Shown here one piece after another: positions 43,177-57,589 of a stretch of 64,000 nt of DNA. Made by a program: the position numbers and the translations under genes. Source of the DNA: Octopus sinensis (Eukaryota). The notes below the pieces were generated by a model. That model saw only the letters and a program-made list of their open reading frames with translations. It was not told the DNA's origin and made no database searches. The stretch lies in contig NC_043000.1 of NCBI RefSeq assembly GCF_006345805.1, forward strand, positions 40,920,001 through 40,984,000, in the 5' to 3' direction. Position 1 is the stretch's first letter, and each line of letters begins with the position of its first letter.

Positions 43177-43375
43177 AGCTATTGGTAGCCAGAAAACCCA
43201 AGATGGCAGTTAAGGCTATGTATGTGTTACGGGAGGACCGTAGTTAGAATCTCGGTTTGATAATAATACGAGTGAGGAGTCTAATGCGGGTCTTGTGTGA
43301 GCATATGTTAAATAAAATGAAACAATAAAACCAAGGCTGTGTGGTATTTATAGGACATTTATAAAGAGAAAAGTA

Positions 43376-43422
43376 GTCTTACAGCTGTTTCTGGGATATG
43401 GGGATACCCCTTCATCAAAGAC
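43376..43422 (-). ncRNA. Minimal type I hammerhead-ribozyme-like motif in a PLE-derived repeat
   Basis: GTCT-TTGATGA-AGGGGTAT-CCCC-ATATCCCA-GAAAC-AGCT-GTA-AGAC; core C3 mutated. Confidence 0.55.
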
Positions 43423-43449
43423 GATATGAGAGAGTTAACTAGAGGGAAG

Positions 43450-43487
<38 letters not shown>

Positions 43488-43499
43488 TAAGAAAGAAAT

Positions 43500-44105
43500 T
43501 ATTGTATATAGCGCTCAGGTACACTACAACTAAAAAAGGAAAAGAAAGCCATCAGTGGTACAGTTGGCGGATTTCAGAAAGCTTGGAAGTTCGACAGCTA
43601 AGGACTGATGCGAATAGTTTATTCCATGCTTTAACAATTCTGAGCGTGAAAACACGTTTCCGAAAGTCATGGGTGTTGAGCTGCTTTTTGATTTTGTAAG
43701 CATGTCCGCGTGCATTTGTCATATGGAATTAAAAAAGATGGAAAGATGGTGGATAATCTTGTGAGTGTCTACCAATTCAGTTGCCAGACGTCTGAACTTC
43801 CATGTGTCCATGACCAGGGAAACAACACGTTTAGAGTATGGTAGATGCTTGACGGCGGGTATTCGCTTTGTTGTACGCTTCTGTACAGTTTCCAGGAGAT
43901 TTGTGTACTGAGCAAGATAGGGGTTCCAGACTGGTGATGAAAATTCCAAGTGTGGACGTACCATTGTAATCTACAATTTTAAATAGATAGTAGGTGAGCG
44001 GCTGACAAAGATCTTGCTTAGTGATGCTAGGACACCTTCGGCCTTCTTAGCAATCTTAGAGATGTGGTTTGTTCAACGCATATCGTTGTTTACAATAATA
44101 CCCAA
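43500..44105 (-). mobile_element. Decayed CR1/L2-group LINE 3' fragment
   Basis: MVRPHLEFSSPVWNPYLAQYTNLLETVQKRTTKRIP. Confidence 0.85.
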
Positions 44106-44117
44106 TGTGTGTGTGGA

Positions 44118-44152
<35 letters not shown>

Positions 44153-44663
44153 TGGGGAGGAGAAATAAATAAGGAATGTATGGGAGAGACATGTTTTGTG
44201 AATGCGTTATCACGCTAGATGCATACACATCAGAACAGTAAAGATCTTTGCATTGCTTCACAGTCATGAGCTCCATAGATCGGTCTGACTGAGTACCATC
44301 TAGGACAATAGTTTATTTAGTTATCTTTTTCATCATAGGGTCAGGCTAACCCATATCGTGTGGATGAAATCGGATAGCGGACACTGTCGAAATTCGCCTA
44401 ATGGACTGTATCTGTAATGAAAAATACCAGCTTTGTCACGCATTGTGGCTCGGACTGAGGATTGCGTTGAGCGCAGAATCGTTAGGGCGTCGGACAGAAT
44501 ATCTCAGGGCATTTGTTCCAATTCTATAGACTCTGAGTTCAAATCTCTCCGAAGTTATCTTTGCCTTTCATCCTTTTGAGTTGGATAAAAAAATGTAGCA
44601 ATCCAAGGCGGCGGTATTTGTCTGGGCTCTTGGCGTTCTATGTTCACATTCTGCAGGGCTTAC

Positions 44664-44866
44664 TTGGCTGGTAGAATGAATACTGAACCCATCACCCAGC
44701 TTAACACCACTTGGTCTTTGGATGCTTTTAGTCGAGTCTTCTGAGTCTTCTCTTTTGCAAGTATTTAGGCCAAGTCTCCGGTTTGAGGTCATCTTCCTCT
44801 CCCATTTTCCCGAGTCTAGAGGAAAGGAGGCTAGAAAGAAGTGATGTGCACTTTTATCCCTCCTAA
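44664..44866 (-). CDS. Candidate coding exon (203 nt; in-frame alternative acceptors at 44830 and 44815)
   Basis: atttcag|TTAGGAGG...AGCCAA|gtaagc; open frame VRRDKSAHHFFLASFPLDSGKWERK...HSTSQ; unique, more GC-rich than flanks. Confidence 0.3.
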
Positions 44867-45134
44867 CTGAAATATTATAAAGATGACTTATGCAAGGGAG
44901 TTCAGTTGATCGAAGAATCGAACTATTCCATAACGAAACGGTAGACCACTTTACATATGGACTTATATTGTGTGTATGCATGACATTGTGTATTTGTGCT
45001 TGAGCATCAATTTTTTACTACAGGCCGACCAATTACTAATCCCGTGTCATCGGATCTGAAGGATGCCGGATTAGAGATTTTGTCGAATTACAGAGTGGCT
45101 AAGTTAGAATACATCTAATCCAACAACTAATTAC

Positions 45135-45158
45135 CTCGCTCTGCTTTTGAAATACTCC
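45135..45158 (-). CDS. Candidate 24-nt micro-exon
   Basis: tttacag|GGAGTATTTCAAAAGCAGAGCGAG|gtaatt; phase 1 reading (SISKAER) joins in frame to 44664-44866. Confidence 0.3.
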
Positions 45159-45799
45159 CTGTAAATCAGTACAAATGAAATATATTAAATAAGAAATCTG
45201 TGAAATATTAATAAATAACAAGAAACATGAAATGAACATACAGTGAAATTTTAATAAAAAAATAAGAAATATTGTTTAGAAAAAAGGGCGATAATTGTCC
45301 CAATAAGTAGATTGGGACAAGATAACGTACATAATGTATGTCGCTGGGTGTGATGATTTTACTCACCAAATTCTTCGGATTAGACATTAGTGACATACTT
45401 AACGTTAACTCAATCAACATGAATTCTAATGCATATTATATCACCTTCAATTTCTCTACCAAAATTCAGTACTCAAACGGCATTCCCACGTAACCTAGGC
45501 ACCTCATGTCACATATATACTAATTCCATAAACAGAAATCTCGAAAACGGCCTTCTGTTAGTCCCTACCAATCATGACTCTTACAACAGCAAAAACACAC
45601 AATCTGTCCATATCAAGAAAAAATTATCGCCCTTTTTTCTAAACAACTTTGTTAAGAGTACGCGTGTCTGAGGAGAGCTCAGCTACTTGCACGTTAATTT
45701 CACATGAAGACTGTTCTGTTGATGAAATCAACTGGAACATGTGTTCGCCGTAACCGACGGAATGACCCGACCATATATGTGCACACGCTTACACTAGAA

Positions 45800-46687
45800 C
45801 AGGGATCACCAAACTTTTTTCACAGCGGGCCAGATAACTGAGAGAGGCACGAGCGCAGGTCGCATAACCATTTTGTTCAATACAATACAGTGAATACACA
45901 ATAAAATAAAGACAACCAACATATTCATTTACCAAAACGTTATCGAAGAAGGTGACGTTAGCAAAAAGATAGTTATATCACACCCAGTGCGCATAAATTC
46001 GAATCTCACAAACTAAGCAGCTAATAAGTTTAATCAGATCTGTGACAGGAGTGGCTGTGTGGTAAGTAGCTTGCTTACGAACCACATGGCACCTTGGGCA
46101 AGTGTCTTCTACTATAGCCTCGGGCCGACCAAAGCCTTGTGAATGGATTTGGTCGACGGAAACTGAAAGAAGCCCGTCGTATATATGTATATGTATATAT
46201 ATATATGTGTGTGTGTGTGTCTGTGCTTGTCCCTCAACATCGCTTGACAACCGACGCTGGTGTGTTTATGTCTCCGTAACTTAGCGGTTCGGCAAAAGAG
46301 ACCGATAGAATAAGTACTAGGCTTACAAAGAATAAGTCCTGGGGGTCGATTTGCTCGACTAAAGGCGGTGCTCCAGCATGGCCGTAGTCAAATGACTGAA
46401 ACTAGTAAAAGAGTAAAAGAGAGAGAGAGTAAAGAGTAATATCAATATTTGCTTTGGGATTGCTGCATCCATCCAAGAGAATTGCTTTCAAATTTTCATC
46501 AGTCAGCTTCGTTTGATGTACTTCATTTTTGAAAATGTTTGCTCGTAGACATAAGTTGTTCAAAACACTGATGCCATACCAGAGGCAAATGCAGGTACTT
46601 ATACAAAAGGTACAGAGTGATGGCAGGCCGGATGAACTGACCTCGCTGGCCGGATGCGGCCCGCGAGTCGTAGTTTGGTGTCCCTTG
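45800..46687 (-). mobile_element. Internally deleted hAT (Charlie-like) transposon with nested SINE
   Basis: TIRs cagggatcaccaaact / agtttggtgtcccttg; 8-bp TSD cactagaa (45792-45799, 46688-46695); transposase C-terminal remnant SVF*TTYVYEQTFSKMKYIK. Confidence 0.9.
46046..46436 (+). mobile_element. Family A SINE nested in the hAT element
   Basis: Near-identical to 14243-14644 with a short internal deletion. Confidence 0.9.
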
Positions 46688-46722
46688 CACTAGAACATAG
46701 ATCCATATCCAAGAAAAGGATA

Positions 46723-46910
46723 TGAGAGGGTGCTAAAAAATTCCTGACTTTCGGTAAAAGAAAATACAGGAGGATCAGTTAATTATAATTTTATTTAACA
46801 TATTTCCCTCTCAGATTCACACACTTATTGCAGCGGTTTTTCTAAGCCCTGTAAAAGAACTCGCAAGATTGGACCTCCAACCAGGCATTTCGCGACACCC
46901 TTAAAGCCAG
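46723..46910 (+). mobile_element. Mariner-like terminal fragment
   Basis: gagggtgctaaaaaattcctgacttt...cacacttattgcagcg resembles mariner 5' ends. Confidence 0.45.
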
Positions 46911-47119
46911 TCTCGTACATGAAATATACACTTATTCTAATCTATATACCTTTAGTTATTTTCCAGATATCATTTCATTTGAATCATATTTATATATTAC
47001 AGTTCTGGAAATTAATTATTATTTTTATTTCATCGTGCCTTTGCTGAACTCTCTTGTACGAAGAAATATTCGCACAATATCTATAAATATTTCCTTCTCT
47101 CTCTTCCACCACCCCATCA

Positions 47120-47208
<89 letters not shown>

Positions 47209-47924
47209 GGTCAGTCTGTCTATGTGTCTGTCTCTGTCTGTCTGTCTGTATGTATGTTTCTGTTTTTCAGTCGGTCTGTGTTTGTGTGTTTGTATGTGTG
47301 TATATATGTGTGTGTGTATGTTTGTATGTATGTATGTATACGTGTATGTATGAATATCTCCCTATGTGGCAATTTATCTTTTTATCTAAATAAATCTCGA
47401 CAAAGATGTATATCGTATCTGTATGTCTCATTAAGGATGCATACATAACACTCTTTCATACTTGCGTATCTATTAACATGTATTTGACCCAATGTGTATA
47501 TCTATCCTCCTCTTAAGTTGCTTCTAATCCATATCCAGTCAGACTATAATATAAACTGAATCAATCTTGATAATGCTGGTAATGATCGTGGCGACTGTCT
47601 GGGTGAATGTGGTGGCAAGAAGAATAAAAAATAGCTTTTGCTTTATCAAGCACGAAAGCTGTTGTTTCATATCCTCGCTAAGTGAAATTAATTTTCTAGA
47701 CAATATATATATATCATTCCGTCATCCTTAATGATTAGTTATACGATTCGCGACTCTTTGTTGCAGTATTGTCTTAAACCTCATCACGGTTTTTAAGATA
47801 TAAGCTTCACTAAAAAAAAAAGTTGCAAGTGATAGTAAACTTAACGAACAGAATTTATTGCCAAGAATGCGATACAAATGAATTAAAAGACCCAGTATTC
47901 GGTGCAGTGATGGTACTCACTAAC

Positions 47925-48330
47925 AATCTTTTCTACTCTAGGCACAAGGCCTGAAATTTAAGGGAAGGGGTAGTCGATTACATCGACTCCAGCACTAAAC
48001 TGGTACTTAATTTGTTGACCCTGAAAGGATGATAGACAAAGCCGACCTCGGCGGAATTTAAACTCAGAACATAGCGACGGGCGAAATACCTATTTCTATT
48101 TCTTTACTACCCACAAGGAGCTAAACACAGAGGGGACAAACAAGGACAGACAAACGGATTAAGTCGATTATATCAATTCCAGTGTGTAACTGGTACTTAT
48201 TTAATCGACCCTGAAAGGATGAAAGGCAAAGTCGACCTCGGCAAAATTTGAACTCAAACTGTAACGGCAGACGAAATACCGTTAAGCATTTCGTCCAGCG
48301 TGCTAACGATTCTGCCAGCTCATCACCTTA
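47925..48330 (-). mobile_element. Two stacked family B SINEs
   Basis: Repeated gaaaggatgaaaggcaaagtcgacctcggcggaatttgaactc core. Confidence 0.85.
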
Positions 48331-49244
48331 CCCAATAAGACTTTGATTAGATTGTTGGGTTACTACTGAGATATTTTTGTCATCATGTAATGGATCACTG
48401 GATGAAGGTGGCCTGTTTTGTTTACCTTCTGTAAACGCCTTTGAACGTTAGAACCTGGCAATAGAAAGCTAACTACATTTTATCCTGAACTTATTAGATA
48501 CAAGTCTGCTAAGCATTGATAGATTTTGGGTTGAAATCTATTACATGAATTTCGTTGTATATTTGAATTAAACACGCTTTGTTCAATACTGCCCCAATTT
48601 CTGTAGCTGTAGAATAAAAGATTTTCTGGCAAATTTAACAGTTGCATATACTATATTCTGAAAAGTATTTATCATTTCTCCAAACAATGAAAGATGAGTT
48701 CTGTGATAATCTTTAAGAACCTCTTGGGGTAATTTAAATTACTTTTACGTCTTCTTCTTCAATCGGCTGCGACCAACAAGCATTTTAAAACGTAGTGTCA
48801 GGAATTTCTGTTCTTCACAAACTTTGACAGGTCTTCAATTTTATGTTCTCTATTTCTGCAATAATGTAGTTGAGTGGTTTGCAACGTCTGTTAGAGCATG
48901 GAAGTCTCCAAAATATAACATTTGATTGGCCTGTTGTTCAGCACGATAGCAGCGGCCGTCTCTGTTATTATTTAGCACATTTTACTATTTACGATTTTTA
49001 TTAATTACTTGCAAAGGTTATCTCTACTGATTTTCAATAGAAATTATAGCCAGCACTGATTTTGTTACGATGTTTCGTATCCGAGTTACCTGATGTAAAC
49101 AACAGCAATGGGATCGAAGATGAAAAATGGGTAATGGGCGTATATGCCATATTCCAGGAGTTTTTGCTCCTTCATCAGCACTCATCCAACCCATTAATCA
49201 TCCACGAACTCATTGATTAAATAGCCACTACATATAGCAGTGTG

Positions 49245-49500
49245 TGGAGGCGCGTGGTTTAGTGGTTAGGGTGAGAGCATCATGATCGTAAGATTGTGGT
49301 TTCGATTCCTGGACCGGGCGATGCGTTGTATTCTTGAGCAAAACACTTAATTTCACGTTGATCCAGTCCACTCAGCTGGCAAAAATGAGTAACGCTGCGA
49401 TGGACTGGCGTCCCGTCCAGCTGGGGAACACATACGCCATTGAAACCGGGAAACCGGGCCCAGCCTGGCTAGGCTTTAAAAGGGAGCATTTATTTATTAT
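49245..49500 (+). mobile_element. tRNA-derived SINE
   Basis: ggcgcgtggtttagtggttagg...ggtttcgattcc; gatggactggcgtcccgtccag. Confidence 0.8.
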
Positions 49501-50139
49501 TTTAAATATAGCAGTGTAACGTTTTTGGATATACCGATCTTACTATAAGAGTATAATAATAAGAATTTTGTGGAATTAAATAAGCAATCGTTGATACATG
49601 TGTAATAAGTACACTAATATAATGGATATAATAGAATTAAAACAATTCTAATATTTGGAACTATATATCTATATGATAATAATAAATACGAAAAGAATCG
49701 TACCTACGTTTTTTTTTATTCATACCTTAGAGTATTGGCGTACGTTTTAAGATCATACATGTATAACGTATTTTGAATCCTTTTAGGTATTTTAGATCAG
49801 TGCTTAGCAACCTTTTTGCACTTGCGATACACTTATATTCTTTTCAAAATTCGGCGGCACATCTGAACTAAATATATGACTAAAAGCATAGGGGATAAAT
49901 TATATTCAGGTTTCACTGCAGCGCACCTAGCATTGTTCATGTCACACCAGTGTACCGCGGCATGTTCTAGATAGTATGCATTCTATACTCTCTTGTTTGT
50001 TTATATTCGTCTCAAGTCGGTCTGTTGAGGGAGATAAGTGCGTCTCTGTTTTTACAATGAACTTAACAAAGTTGCAGGGTGCCAACCTGTTAATTTTAGT
50101 CAACTCTGACTCTTTCAGTTTTATTCATCATATAGTTTG

Positions 50140-50700
50140 AAGGCTCAGCAAGATGCTTTTATTACAGATAAATATATCCAGTTCAGCTTAAACTACGCTA
50201 AAACCATCAACTGTTGCAGGTTTCTTCTGCGCCATCTTTTGACATACTTAATTATTTTATTAGTTCTCACATTGAAGCTGAATCTTATTGTAGAGGCTGC
50301 TGGGGTGTTTTACTGGTTCATGTCATAATCTGAGATAAGTTCACTCTTTAGTATCCTCATAGTCTGTCAGAGACATTCTTATCTGATTAACACTTTCTTT
50401 TGGATATATCAAATTTGTTCACCTATTTTAATCTTACATGTGTCTACACTGTTTTGTTCCTAATTGTATTGTTGCATAATCGATTTCATTAGGCAACTTG
50501 ATCGGCCTATTCTAATTGAATGCAGTGTCTACACGCATGTTAACTCACAAACTTTATACTGTTGTCCGAGACATAAACTTTTACAGTCTGGGAAACAATT
50601 TCTCTGAACTGAATTGCAGTTGACGGCGTCTCTGTTGGGAAAGTATCGGATTTTGGTGCTACCAACTTTATAATCACTTCTTATAGAATTTAGAGTTCTA
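50140..50700 (-). pseudogene. Ancient Dong/R4-like RT remnant (possibly continuing 48380-48970)
   Basis: RILKSELIS...NTPAASTIRFSF...LNWIYL resembles ILKSELN..NKI.AINT.A.P...YSF...DRLYL. Confidence 0.45.
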
Positions 50701-50940
50701 TTTAATCTTGTATCAGCGATACAGAAGTCGTGTGAGTGGATTTATCTGGCCTAGTGGTTAGAGTGTTTAGCTCACGATTATAAAATTGTGAGTTCAATCT
50801 CTGGACCGGGCGGCAGGTTGTGTTTCTGTCCTTGAGCAGAGCACGTGATTTTACTTTATTCCAGTCTACACAGGTGTACTGAGTACCAGTCGGGAGCTGA
50901 TGCAGTCCCGCTGTCGGTCTGTCTCTATCTCTGTCACCTA

Positions 50941-51046
<106 letters not shown>

Positions 51047-51965
51047 GTCAATCTCTTTCTTTCTTTCTCCTGCTGTTACATTTCTGAGTCCCACACAGTC
51101 AACGGTGAGCGGGATCGAGAGGATTTATGCCTGCTCGTACAAGGCACCTAAAACAAGTAATGAAAGCAGGGTATGGTTTAGAAATAATATAAATAATATA
51201 TAAATATATGCTTATATACATACATATATGTACATACCTATATATATATGTATATATATATGGGTATATATATAGGTACAGGACATCAGAAAAACGTTGA
51301 ACACAATGAGAAACGAAAACATAAATACAAAAACATAGAAACGAGCTTTTTTTTCGAACAACGGAAAAAAAACCAAACAGAGAAACGAGACATACAACAT
51401 AAAGATTATTCCCCTTCTTCAGTTGGCCCTGTTTCATCTACTCCACGTATTGAAGGCAAGGACAATACGCGACTTCTTTGTTACCTATTTAATCAAAGAC
51501 ATGCCAGCGTAAACCATGAGTTTCCCATTGTTATTATATCCATTTCCTTCTCATATATATATATAAATATATATATATATATTTGCGACTTTTTCACCTT
51601 ACAGTAAAGCATGAAAAACAATTAAGTTGTGGGAAAATTAAATGAAATGTTTCTTTTTAAAGTATTTACATAGGGACATTTTCCTTTTTTTTTATCCCTC
51701 CTCTCTTTTCCTCTTGTGAAGGCTTGGTAGTAGGTAGTAGGTTGTAGCAGTCCTAAAAGAATATTTGATATGGGAGGGGGGTAAGTTCTTAGTTTTGATC
51801 GTTTAAGCAGTAGTAGCTGAGGAAGGAGGCAGTGAAGAAGAAGAAGAAGAAGAAGAAAAAAGAAGAAGAAGAAGAAGGAAGAAGAAATAAGAAGAAGAAG
51901 AAGAAAAGAAGAATAAGAAAGTATATACATTATACCCACAGACGTATGGACATATAAATGCAGAT

Positions 51966-52045
<80 letters not shown>

Positions 52046-52401
52046 TGGACTCTCGTTAGAAATTGCCGAACAACCACCAGAGATGATTTGTTTATAGTAA
52101 TCAAATGTTTGTGTACACATAAGCTCGCGCCTTCCATCAAATCGACATTAGCTGTACGGGTGCACCTTGTGCCACATGTCAGCTGTCGAAATGATCACAG
52201 AGCAACGTGAAATGAAGTGCTTTGCTCAAGAACACAACGCCCGGTCTGGGAATCGAAACCTACGATCTCGCAATTATGAGTGCAACGCCCTAACCACTAA
52301 GCTATGCGCATTGCATACATACACATATATATATATATACGTGAGTTCGTACGTACATACGTACATGCATACATATAAACATACATACATACATACATAC
52401 A

Positions 52402-52467
<66 letters not shown>

Positions 52468-52700
52468 CGCGGTATATGTCAAAACTACAGGGAACATATA
52501 CATAACTGGAAACTTTAGAAGAATGAAAACAGACAGACAAAAAATGATTTAGATAATGTATAGAATCAATCATCTAGATTCAACAGCTGGAGCTGTCATT
52601 TTTTAATAATATCAACACATGTCTCTGTGGCACACTCATACACACGCGCACACCAACACACACACACGCACATATGGATATATATATATACATACATACA

Positions 52701-52734
<34 letters not shown>

Positions 52735-52925
52735 CTATATATATATATATATATATATATACATACATACATATATATCTGTGTATATATATACACACAT
52801 ACATACATATATGTATATACATATATATATTTTTATATATGTGTGTGTGTATACTCACACACAAACACATCTGCGCAGTGGCAATTATACAAACAGAAAG
52901 ACACACACTCGCACACACACAAACA

Positions 52926-52970
<45 letters not shown>

Positions 52971-53249
52971 TTGCATACATGCATCCACATCCACACACAC
53001 ACATACCCACACAATGAATTCAAATAAACGGATAAAAAACGAAAATAAGAATAAAAACAACGTGAGGACAGGCACAAGAATTATATCAGCTTCAACGAGT
53101 GGACAGGCAAAAGAAGTGTATCTAAAGCTCGGTCAAAGGAGAGAGTTTAACGTTTCGAACAAAGCTCTTCATCTGAAAGGAGAAGAAGAAATCGCCAACA
53201 GACCACGTGTAGTGACATTGCTCAAAGCCGGCAATCGCTATGCTTTCTT

Positions 53250-54110
53250 TAATAGTTTTAAATCCTTATACAGACGTGAGCAAAAGGACTTCTCAGCTCT
53301 AGCACCTTGATCCAACAAAAACAAAGACCAAGTGAAAGTTGGTGGGAGACAGACCTATATCAACACTCTCTATCTTACACACGCACCACACACACGCAAA
53401 CACACACACACCTCCTTGCACAGGGGCCATCCGGACTCTCGTTTTCGCAGTGAGCAGGGATTAATCTTCCCTCTTCGCTCCTTTGCACCACATGGGCTCA
53501 ACTCTCCTCCCCTCTTCATCTAGCCTCACCCCCTCTCCGTTCTCCCTCTCACACTTACTTCCTCCCACCTACCTCTCCTGTCTTGCTCCGACTCCTACTT
53601 CTTCTCTTCACTCTTTTTCTCCTTCTCTCTTCTCTTCACTCCCACCCACTTCTCCCTTCCCCTCTTCCTTCATCGTTACCCCTCCCTCGTAACCCCAAAC
53701 CTACACAATCCAACCCCACCTTCCCTATCTATCCCATCCCTTACATCCACTCCCACATACCCCACCTCTACTCCCACCCTTAGCCTACCCACATACCCCA
53801 TCTCTACCCCCACCCTCAGCCTAAACCGCACCCCACCCTTGTTTCCCCACTCTCGCCTCCCCCACATCCCAACACCATCACACCACACCACACACCACTA
53901 CAACCTATACCACCATACCACACAACACCACATCACACCACCACGCTCACACTACCACTGACCACTTCCCAGCCCTACATCCACACACCTATACATACAC
54001 ACGCACACACGTCAAGGTCACCAGCCCTCTTCCACACGCACACATATGCTCTCTTATTCACTCGCACTCACACCTTCGTTTTGGGATCACCACTACTTAA
54101 TTATCTCCTC
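53250..54110 (+). mobile_element. PLE GIY-YIG C-terminus and pyrimidine-rich tail; tail also at ~9510-9920
   Basis: GHPDSRFRSEQGLIFPLRSFAPHGLNS; shared accacaccatac...cacgtcaa.gtcaccagccc tail. Confidence 0.6.
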
Positions 54111-54131
54111 TTCTTCCTCGCACAAAGACAC

Positions 54132-54168
<37 letters not shown>

Positions 54169-54512
54169 TACACATACACATACATATATCCAAAGAATAT
54201 CGGCGAATTGGTATGTAGCTCAGTACCGAAAATCTTGAAGGATGCATACTTAAGTACAAGTTTCTAGTATTAGGAATAGTAGGCGTCCGGATTGTGGGCA
54301 GACTCTGTCTAACATTTCGTTAGTTCATACCGAACTGTGCTAATCCATCTTCAATAACATGTTATATCAAACATCCCTACATCAGTGCTCTTTAATCACG
54401 TTCCATTTCTTATTCTCTACCTTTCTTTTTACATCCATGACCTCCTCATCGAATACCTCCATGTTTTTCACCCTGTTCACATTTATTTTTATATCAATTA
54501 TATTCACACTCT

Positions 54513-55115
54513 AAGGCGGTGAGCTGGCAGAAACGTTAGCACGCCGGGCGAAATGCGTAGCCGTATTTCGTCTGCCGTTACGTTCTGAGTTCAAATTCCG
54601 CCGAGGTCGACTTTGCCTTTCATCATTTCGGGGTCGATTGAATAAGTACCAGTTACGCACTGGGGTCGATATAATCGACTTAATCCGTTTGTCTGTTCTT
54701 GTTTGTCCCCTCTGTGTTTAGCCGCATTTCGTCTGCCGTTACGTTCCCTAGTTCAAATTCTGCCGAGGTCGACTTTGCCTTTCATATTTTCGGGGTCGAT
54801 AAATTAAGTACCAGTTACTCACAGGGGTCGATGTAATCGACTTGATCCCTTTGTCCTTGTTTGTCCCCTCTATGTTTAACCCCTTGTGGGCAATAAAGAA
54901 ATAAGAATCGTTAGCACGCCTTGTGGCACAATGCATGGGGGTACAATACCTAGTGAGATTTCGTTCCTTTCTATGCTCTGAGTTAAAATTCTGCCGAGTT
55001 CGACTTCGCTTTTCATCCCTTCGGGTTCGATAAAATAAGTACCAGTTGAACACTAGGGTCGATGTAAATTGGCTTACCCTCTCCCGGGAAATTGCTGGAC
55101 TTGTGCCAAAATTTT
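54513..55115 (+). mobile_element. Tandem stack of ~3 family B SINEs
   Basis: aaggcggtgagctggcagaaacgttagcacgccgggcgaaatgc head and repeated core. Confidence 0.9.
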
Positions 55116-55436
55116 ATATCATTATATTCCTACTCTGTCGAAGTATATATGATCGAAATTTTAGAATTTCCCACTCCTTACACCCACCAGAAATTATATA
55201 AATTGTGGTTTAGCTATTTTTATATAATCTTATAATTTTTCAAAGGATTTCTTTTTGTCTTTCTAAATACATGATTTGGGTTAATGCAGCTACTTGCTGT
55301 TTTCGTCTTCAAATCTATGCTTTATCAAATGAGGAAAATTTATCGTTGAAATTTTCATATAGCTTTGATTTACTTGAAGTGGCCAGATTATGAGAAGGAT
55401 ACTGCTGTTTTTCATTAATGTTGGTATTATAAATTA

Positions 55437-55879
55437 CGAGCAAAACGCTCCCCGTCCAATGGACGGTGCTGAGTGACAAAGCGTGACATTATCATTGAAT
55501 GGCAGGAAATGTTTTTCCTTTTGGCGACGATGGTTACAGCATTGATATACCCAGATGTGTTCTAGTGACTCTACTGCCTGTCCAACCGTTCAAAAAAATC
55601 TCGCAAATGGAGTTCTATGGATTTCGACAGATGGTTCGCAAGACGATGTCAATCTTTTGCACAGCTGATGTACTTGCGCGTACAAATGCACGTTCCCACG
55701 GCTTTATCGATCGCATTCTCACCTGGAATCGATTTTTGTAATTTTTTCAAGACTTATACACGCCCTGATACCGTCGGCATCTACATATCAAATTTGAGCG
55801 CAATCAGATGGAGGATGCCCGAGATTCTAGAAGACACACATACACACACACACAGACAGAACGGATTTTATATAATAGA
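55437..55879 (-). mobile_element. Non-autonomous Helitron-like element
   Basis: Minus 5' TCTATTATATAAAA; 3' CTCG (CTAG variant) with subterminal palindrome ccgtcca-a-tggacgg; flanked by A and T. Confidence 0.6.
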
Positions 55880-56981
55880 TTAGTCTTGCATAGCTCTGTT
55901 CAAGGAGACAAATCACATGTCTGTGCAGGCCAAAGAAACTAAGTGGCCAGATATACTATATCTTGTTGAAAATCACACCGTACACTCTAACACCTGCTTG
56001 TGTATTGTATGTGGGGTAAGTCAATGTAACACATCAAGCTATTTCGTCTTTCCTACGTTGCATGTCCAGTGGACAGCAGTGAGGATGATCTTAGTAAAGT
56101 GGAATGTTGTTTCACTTTAGTGATCGTTTCAACTAGTGTATATCGTAACATAGTCATACTTGTTAAACTTGTTGGTCTTTATGCCTTTTCGCTCGAAACA
56201 TTTAATACATTCGAAAAGAAGCTTGAGTGGGTGATAACCTGTCTATTATTATTTTAGTGTCTCAAAAAGAACTCAATGGAATGGTTTCCGATTACCCTAA
56301 CCATTCCAGTAGGTACTTGAAGTCAGCTTCAATATAAAAAAAAAAAAATTCGCTGATTACACTGTGGCTATGTTCCTTCAAACAGTTAACTGCACTTAAT
56401 TCAATGGATCTCTTTACATTTAAGAGGAGTAGACCAGTAAATTTGTGCCGTGCCCGCTACTTCAGCATAAAGTCTATAGCAAGATGAGAATACTGCGGTA
56501 GTACGACATCATATTCCATGCTCTGAAATCTATATTATATTATGACCAAAGTATGGCAAGGATCAGAGCATAATTCTTTAGTTTTGTTATAAAAATATTT
56601 TATAAAGTGGGAGAAATTAGTTTGCTGTGCATTATAAGCAATGATTAAAGGGAAATAATTCAAGTACTAGAATTATCTCCCTTGCATTAGTCTGAATATA
56701 TTCTACTGTGACACTGAGGTACGATATCACATTCTATACAGACACTGGTGTGTGTATGTATGTATGTATGTATGTATGTATGTATGTATGTATGTATGTA
56801 TGCATGTATGTATGTATGTATGTATGTATGTATGTATGTATGTATGTATGTATGCACGTATGCCTGTATGCATGCTTGTATGCGTGTATGTACAAACATA
56901 CACACAAAACACTCTCTGACTCAGAAACGCTCGCACACACCCACACTCACACACACACCCCTCCCGTCTAATATATCTCTT

Positions 56982-57040
<59 letters not shown>

Positions 57041-57214
57041 ACTCTGTCTCTTACTTCAGCTGTCACATCTCCGATGTTCCGCTGGCTACAGATGCGGAAA
57101 GGCCGGGAAAGTGTCAATATCTACTCGGTATTACTTTGGTGCCCTAATAAATTCTTGAAAATTTTGTTTTAACTACCCAGTTCATACATGCCTTCGTGCG
57201 AGCGCTTGTTATGC

Positions 57215-57290
<76 letters not shown>

Positions 57291-57299
57291 GTATGTGCG

Positions 57300-57378
<79 letters not shown>

Positions 57379-57589
57379 AACACACTCATATGTATGTTTA
57401 TATACAGACAAACACACACACAGAAGTGGCTGTGTGGTAAGAAGCTTGTTTCCCAACTACATGGTTCTCGGTTCAGTTCAACTGCGTGGCACCTTGGGCA
57501 AGTGTCTTCTACTGTAGCCTCGGGCCGACCAAAGTGTATTTGGCAGATGGAAACTGAGTTTCCAAATCCACTCACAGCAATTTCTTAGA

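Noticed and set aside
45367-45425. Possible first exon MLIELTLSMSLMSNPKNL|gtgagt
   Set aside because: Phase 0 end gives stops when joined to the downstream candidates; lies inside an inverted-repeat element.
56410-56522. Signal-peptide-like MMSYYRSILILL on the minus strand after tttcag
   Set aside because: Interrupted by two in-frame stops.
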